Source: Octopus bimaculoides (Eukaryota). From it: a DNA stretch of 52,474 nucleotides. Shown here piece by piece: positions 47,788 through 52,474 of the stretch (within the stretch, counting starts at the first letter, position 1; every line of letters begins with the position of its first letter). The notes below the pieces were generated by a model. The model did not search any database. It saw only the letters and a program-made list of their open reading frames with translations, and was not told where the DNA came from. The translations under genes and the position numbers were made by a program. Where the stretch lies: the NCBI RefSeq assembly GCF_001194135.2, contig NC_068991.1, positions 5,308,515-5,360,988 on the forward strand. Direction: 5' to 3'.

Positions 47788-47970
47788 TTGCATACATATC
47801 CACCGTATTTATATCACAAACGACGACAACAAAAGCAGAGACGCCATACTGTCTATTTCGCTGTGTTCTTAGATAAATCTGAAGTCTTTGATTTCATTCA
47901 TCAATACAAAGTTCACACCGTGCATGATGCGATCGTGAAATACGTAGAAGGCATCCGAGATTTTAGTTGA
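47788..47970 (+). mobile_element. Second LINE RT fragment (motif A region)
   Basis: VYFAVFLDKSEVFDFI..KYVEGIRDFS resembles LYIAFxDLxKAFDxV...KFVxIIRxFH. Confidence 0.4.
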
Positions 47971-48084
47971 ATGTATTTTCCCTACAGAGAAGAAGATAAT
48001 TCTCGGTTTCCCACAATGTTCTTAGATATTATTGTAATGTCTTCATAAAGTCGTTTCTATCTTTGGAAATAAATATAGTTGCTG

Positions 48085-48125
<41 letters not shown>

Positions 48126-48260
48126 ATTTCATTACACTATATATTAATAAATGAAGACATGATAGGAAACAAATTTATGAATATGTATGTGTGTGTATAT
48201 ATATATATATATATTTATACACACACGCATATATGTGTATATATATATATATACATATAT

Positions 48261-48659
48261 AGGTGCGAGTGGCTGTGTGGTAAGTTGTTTGATTACCAAC
48301 CACATGATTCCGGGTACATTCCCACTCCGTTGCACCTTGTGCTAGTGTCTTCTACTATAGCCTCGGGCCGACCAAAGCTTTGTGAGTGGATTTGGTAGAC
48401 GGAAACTGAAAGACGTTCGTCGTATATATGTCTATATTTATGTATGTATGTGTGTGTTTGCGTGTGCCTATGTTTGTCCCCCCAACCTCGCTTGACAACC
48501 GATGCTGGTGTGTTTCCGTCCTCATAAATTAGCGGTTCGGTTAAAGAAACCGATAAAATAATTACTAGGCTTACAACGAATAAGTTCTGGGGTCGATTTT
48601 GCTCGACTAAAGACGAAGCTCCAGCATGGCCGCAGTCAAATGACTGAAACAAGTAAAAG
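48261..48659 (+). mobile_element. SINE family A, full-length reference copy (~400 bp)
   Basis: A-box-like tggctgtgtgg, degenerate B-box, CORE-like gcaccttgtgctagtg, short TA/TG linker (48420-48470), middle segment and 3' tail agctccagcatggccgcagtcaaatgactgaaacaagtaaaag. tRNA-derived octopus SINEs (OK/OR1/OR2) are described, but I cannot assign which family this is. Confidence 0.92.
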
Positions 48660-48974
48660 TGCATACATATATGATAATCTACAGGAATTCTGATATAAAG
48701 ATTGATATCGAAGTTGTGGTTCTGCTGCAACATGGTTTTGTTTTTTTACCTCCGCTCATTTGTCAGACATCCGTTTTGATAAAAAAAAATACATATAACC
48801 GATATCATTACAACATGTATTTGCTTTCATTAACCAAGTCGTTTTGTACTGAGAAGCACTTGATATTGTTTGATATTGTTTCGCTATATTTTCCTATTCT
48901 GTTTAACATCGCGTGGTTAACTCTGTGTATTGTTTACGTATTTCTATCAGTTGCATCTGTAACTATCTACCTAT

Positions 48975-48977
<3 letters not shown>

Positions 48978-49070
<93 letters not shown>
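48978..49070. repeat. (TC)n(TG)(TA)n microsatellite
   Basis: Directly visible. Confidence 0.95.
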
Positions 49071-49071
<1 letters not shown>

Positions 49072-49289
49072 GAACTCGAAGGCGATAAAACTATAGGCAA
49101 ATACTCAGTACATGATGCAGAGTATAGTCTTCTCTGAACTGAATCCTTTTAGCTCGTGGCCAGCTTCACATGCTACAGTGATCATTTAGTTGAATGATTT
49201 TTTATTCTTTTTTTAGGTATCTCAAGCTAGTTTCTATACGTACGGCTCCGTTTCTCTGCACACAGATTCAGCAATACTCTGCAAGGTAC

Positions 49290-49560
49290 TTATACACACA
49301 CACACACACACATACACACACACATATATATACATATATATAATATAATACATATATCTGTATATACACATATATATACATACATATATACCTACACACA
49401 CACACGCAAACACCCACCCATGATCCACACACACACATATACAAATATATATAAATACACACATATATACACATACCCACACACTCATACGCAAGAACAT
49501 ACACATATATACATATACACACAAACACACACAAACACACACACACACATATAGATATGT
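49290..49560. repeat. Degenerate (CA)/(TA) array
   Basis: Directly visible. Confidence 0.92.
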
Positions 49561-49697
49561 ATGTATATCAGTCTATATGTGTGTATGTGGTTGTTCATCT
49601 GAATTTATTATTGTTTGCATCTATGTATAGCATATCGATTTTAGCAATGCTAGAATAGATGCGTACAATATGTCCGACATATTTAATTTCTATGCTC

Positions 49698-49800
49698 CAC
49701 CACCACTACCAACAAAACCACCTATACCATTACCAACACCACTAGCACCGCCACCACCACCACCCACAACAACAACAACACTACCACCACTACTACCACC
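49698..49800. repeat. Degenerate (ACC)/(AAC)/(ACT) trinucleotide repeat
   Basis: Directly visible. Confidence 0.9.
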
Positions 49801-50123
49801 TTTACAAAACAGACAGAGATGATATTGAAAAAACGGCTGTTACTGTAAATACGTTATGTAACTCGGATTTTTCCTCCTTTTTTATCTGTTAAAATACATT
49901 ATTTTTTTGTTTATCCTCCGTATATTTAATGTTTTTTTTTTCTCTGGAAATCATGTACCCAACTGCTACAAAAGGAGAAGAAAAAAAACATATTCTAACT
50001 GTTGTTTATTTTTTGCATGTATTCACTGCGTACTTAGTTTGTTATTTAAATTTTGATGGTATTTGATGGTAGATAATGCATATTTGTTTATAGATATAAA
50101 ATTGTGCGAGCATAGATAAGCGA

Positions 50124-50328
50124 TATATGTACACATATATACATATGCATATATATATATATATATATACATATATATACATATATACATATGTATGTAT
50201 ATATATATATGTATATATATATATATTTGACATGTTATATGTATATATATATGTATATATATATATATATATATACATATATATAAATATATACATATGT
50301 CTACATATATATATATATACATATGTAT
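50124..50328. repeat. Degenerate (TA)n array running into a gap
   Basis: Directly visible. Confidence 0.93.
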
Positions 50329-51101
50329 NNNNNNNNNNNNNNNNNNNNNNNNNNNNNNNNNNNNNNNNNNNNNNNNNNNNNNNNNNNNNNNNNNNNNNNN
50401 NNNNNNNNNNNNNNNNNNNNNNNNNNNNNNNNNNNNNNNNNNNNNNNNNNNNNNNNNNNNNNNNNNNNNNNNNNNNNNNNNNNNNNNNNNNNNNNNNNNN
50501 NNNNNNNNNNNNNNNNNNNNNNNNNNNNNNNNNNNNNNNNNNNNNNNNNNNNNNNNNNNNNNNNNNNNNNNNNNNNNNNNNNNNNNNNNNNNNNNNNNNN
50601 NNNNNNNNNNNNNNNNNNNNNNNNNNNNNNNNNNNNNNNNNNNNNNNNNNNNNNNNNNNNNNNNNNNNNNNNNNNNNNNNNNNNNNNNNNNNNNNNNNNN
50701 NNNNNNNNNNNNNNNNNNNNNNNNNNNNNNNNNNNNNNNNNNNNNNNNNNNNNNNNNNNNNNNNNNNNNNNNNNNNNNNNNNNNNNNNNNNNNNNNNNNN
50801 NNNNNNNNNNNNNNNNNNNNNNNNNNNNNNNNNNNNNNNNNNNNNNNNNNNNNNNNNNNNNNNNNNNNNNNNNNNNNNNNNNNNNNNNNNNNNNNNNNNN
50901 NNNNNNNNNNNNNNNNNNNNNNNNNNNNNNNNNNNNNNNNNNNNNNNNNNNNNNNNNNNNNNNNNNNNNCTTCAATCACAATAACACAATCTTCTCATTG
51001 TATGTAGATATTAACCGATTGTCGTTTGGGAATAAATAGCTGATGCATGGCCAAAAATAGATATAAGCTACCGGAATACATTCATATATGCACAAAGTCG
51101 C

Positions 51102-51143
<42 letters not shown>

Positions 51144-52474
51144 ACANNNNNNNNNNNNNNNNNNNNNNNNNNNNNNNNNNNNNNNNNNNNNNNNNNNNNN
51201 NNNNNNNNNNNNNNNNNNNNNNNNNNNNNNNNNNNNNNNNNNNNNNNNNNNNNNNNNNNNNNNNNNNNNNNNNNNNNNNNNNNNNNNNNNNNNNNNNNNN
51301 NNNNNNNNNNNNNNNNNNNNNNNNNNNNNNNNNNNNNNNNNNNNNNNNNNNNNNNNNNNNNNNNNNNNNNNNNNNNNNNNNNNNNNNNNNNNNNNNNNNN
51401 NNNNNNNNNNNNNNNNNNNNNNNNNNNNNNNNNNNNNNNNNNNNNNNNNNNNNNNNNNNNNNNNNNNNNNNNNNNNNNNNNNNNNNNNNNNNNNNNNNNN
51501 NNNNNNNNNNNNNNNNNNNNNNNNNNNNNNNNNNNNNNNNNNNNNNNNNNNNNNNNNNNNNNNNNNNNNNNNNNNNNNNNNNNNNNNNNNNNNNNNNNNN
51601 NNNNNNNNNNNNNNNNNNNNNNNNNNNNNNNNNNNNNNNNNNNNNNNNNNNNNNNNNNNNNNNNNNNNNNNNNNNNNNNNNNNNNNNNNNNNNNNNNNNN
51701 NNNNNNNNNNNNNNNNNNNNNNNNNNNNNNNNNNNNNNNNNNNNNNNNNNNNNNNNNNNNNNNNNNNNNNNNNNNNNNNNNNNNNNNNNNNNNNNNNNNN
51801 NNNNNNNNNNNNNNNNNNNNNNNNNNNNNNNNNNNNNNNNNNNNNNNNNNNNNNNNNNNNNNNNNNNNNNNNNNNNNNNNNNNNNNNNNNNNNNNNNNNN
51901 NNNNNNNNNNNNNAATACCATGTGTTATATTGTTCTTTATCACATGGGACGGATTGCTTCGACGTTGATTTACAAATACGACCGAGAATACAACAGAGTT
52001 TATCTTGGCCTATTGGCATAATATCACTTCATTATTTCTTCCTAGCAAGAAGGTTAAATATATCGTTATGGGTGGGCGTGTCCCTATGTGTAAAAATACG
52101 TACGTACTATGTATATAAGTAAGCATGCAAGTAAGTATGTATATACGTATGCATGCATATACGTGTGTGTGTGTGTGTGCGTATACGTATGCCTCTAGGT
52201 CTTGTGTGTATTTTGTGCTTTGTGTATATAAGCACACTTAGATACAACTATTCAGTTTTCGCGGTTCTCTTGCAAAATCTTAAGAAGTACCTCTAAGATT
52301 ATATGACAGGTTTCGGTATCAGGACTTGCCTTCTATTAAGGTCTCTGATATTGTCTTAGTTGTGTACATTTACCAGTTTTCTGTGTATGTATTCATGCTT
52401 CAATGTATGTATGCGTGTGTTTGTGTATGTGTATATATATGTGTATCTATATATGTATATATATATATATATAT

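Noticed and set aside
50023-52122. 200-350 aa ORFs over gaps here and throughout the track
   Set aside because: Artefacts of translating N runs as X. Flanking residues are microsatellite translations.

Overview
AT-rich eukaryotic non-coding DNA (intronic or intergenic) from a gapped short-read-type draft assembly, with roughly 8 kb of N in about 20 gaps, most abutting microsatellites. The SINE families I recognise point to a cephalopod, probably Octopus (inference from recalled repeat sequence, not a database search). I cannot support any intact protein-coding gene, tRNA, rRNA or CRISPR array. Nearly all ORFs in the supplied track are microsatellite translations or gap read-through. The window holds: (i) more than 25 copies or fragments of three tRNA-derived SINE families (working labels A, B, C) plus three unnamed dispersed repeats (D, E, F); (ii) decayed coding remnants of two Penelope-like elements (RT C-terminal part, GIY-YIG endonuclease), three RTE-type LINE RT pieces, two mariner-type transposase pieces and possibly an R4/NeSL-type zinc knuckle; (iii) very dense di-, tri- and tetranucleotide repeats, including a ~6.5 kb strand-biased trinucleotide domain. 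The best-supported structural observations are a dimeric form of SINE B with the same junction at two independent loci, a SINE A linker that expands into microsatellites and receives other insertions, and nested or tail-sharing SINE arrangements. More speculative are recursive-splice-like AG|GT sites and an RFX X-box plus YY1 cluster upstream of an Asp/Gly/His-rich frame. I found no convincing evidence of a wholly new biological system.
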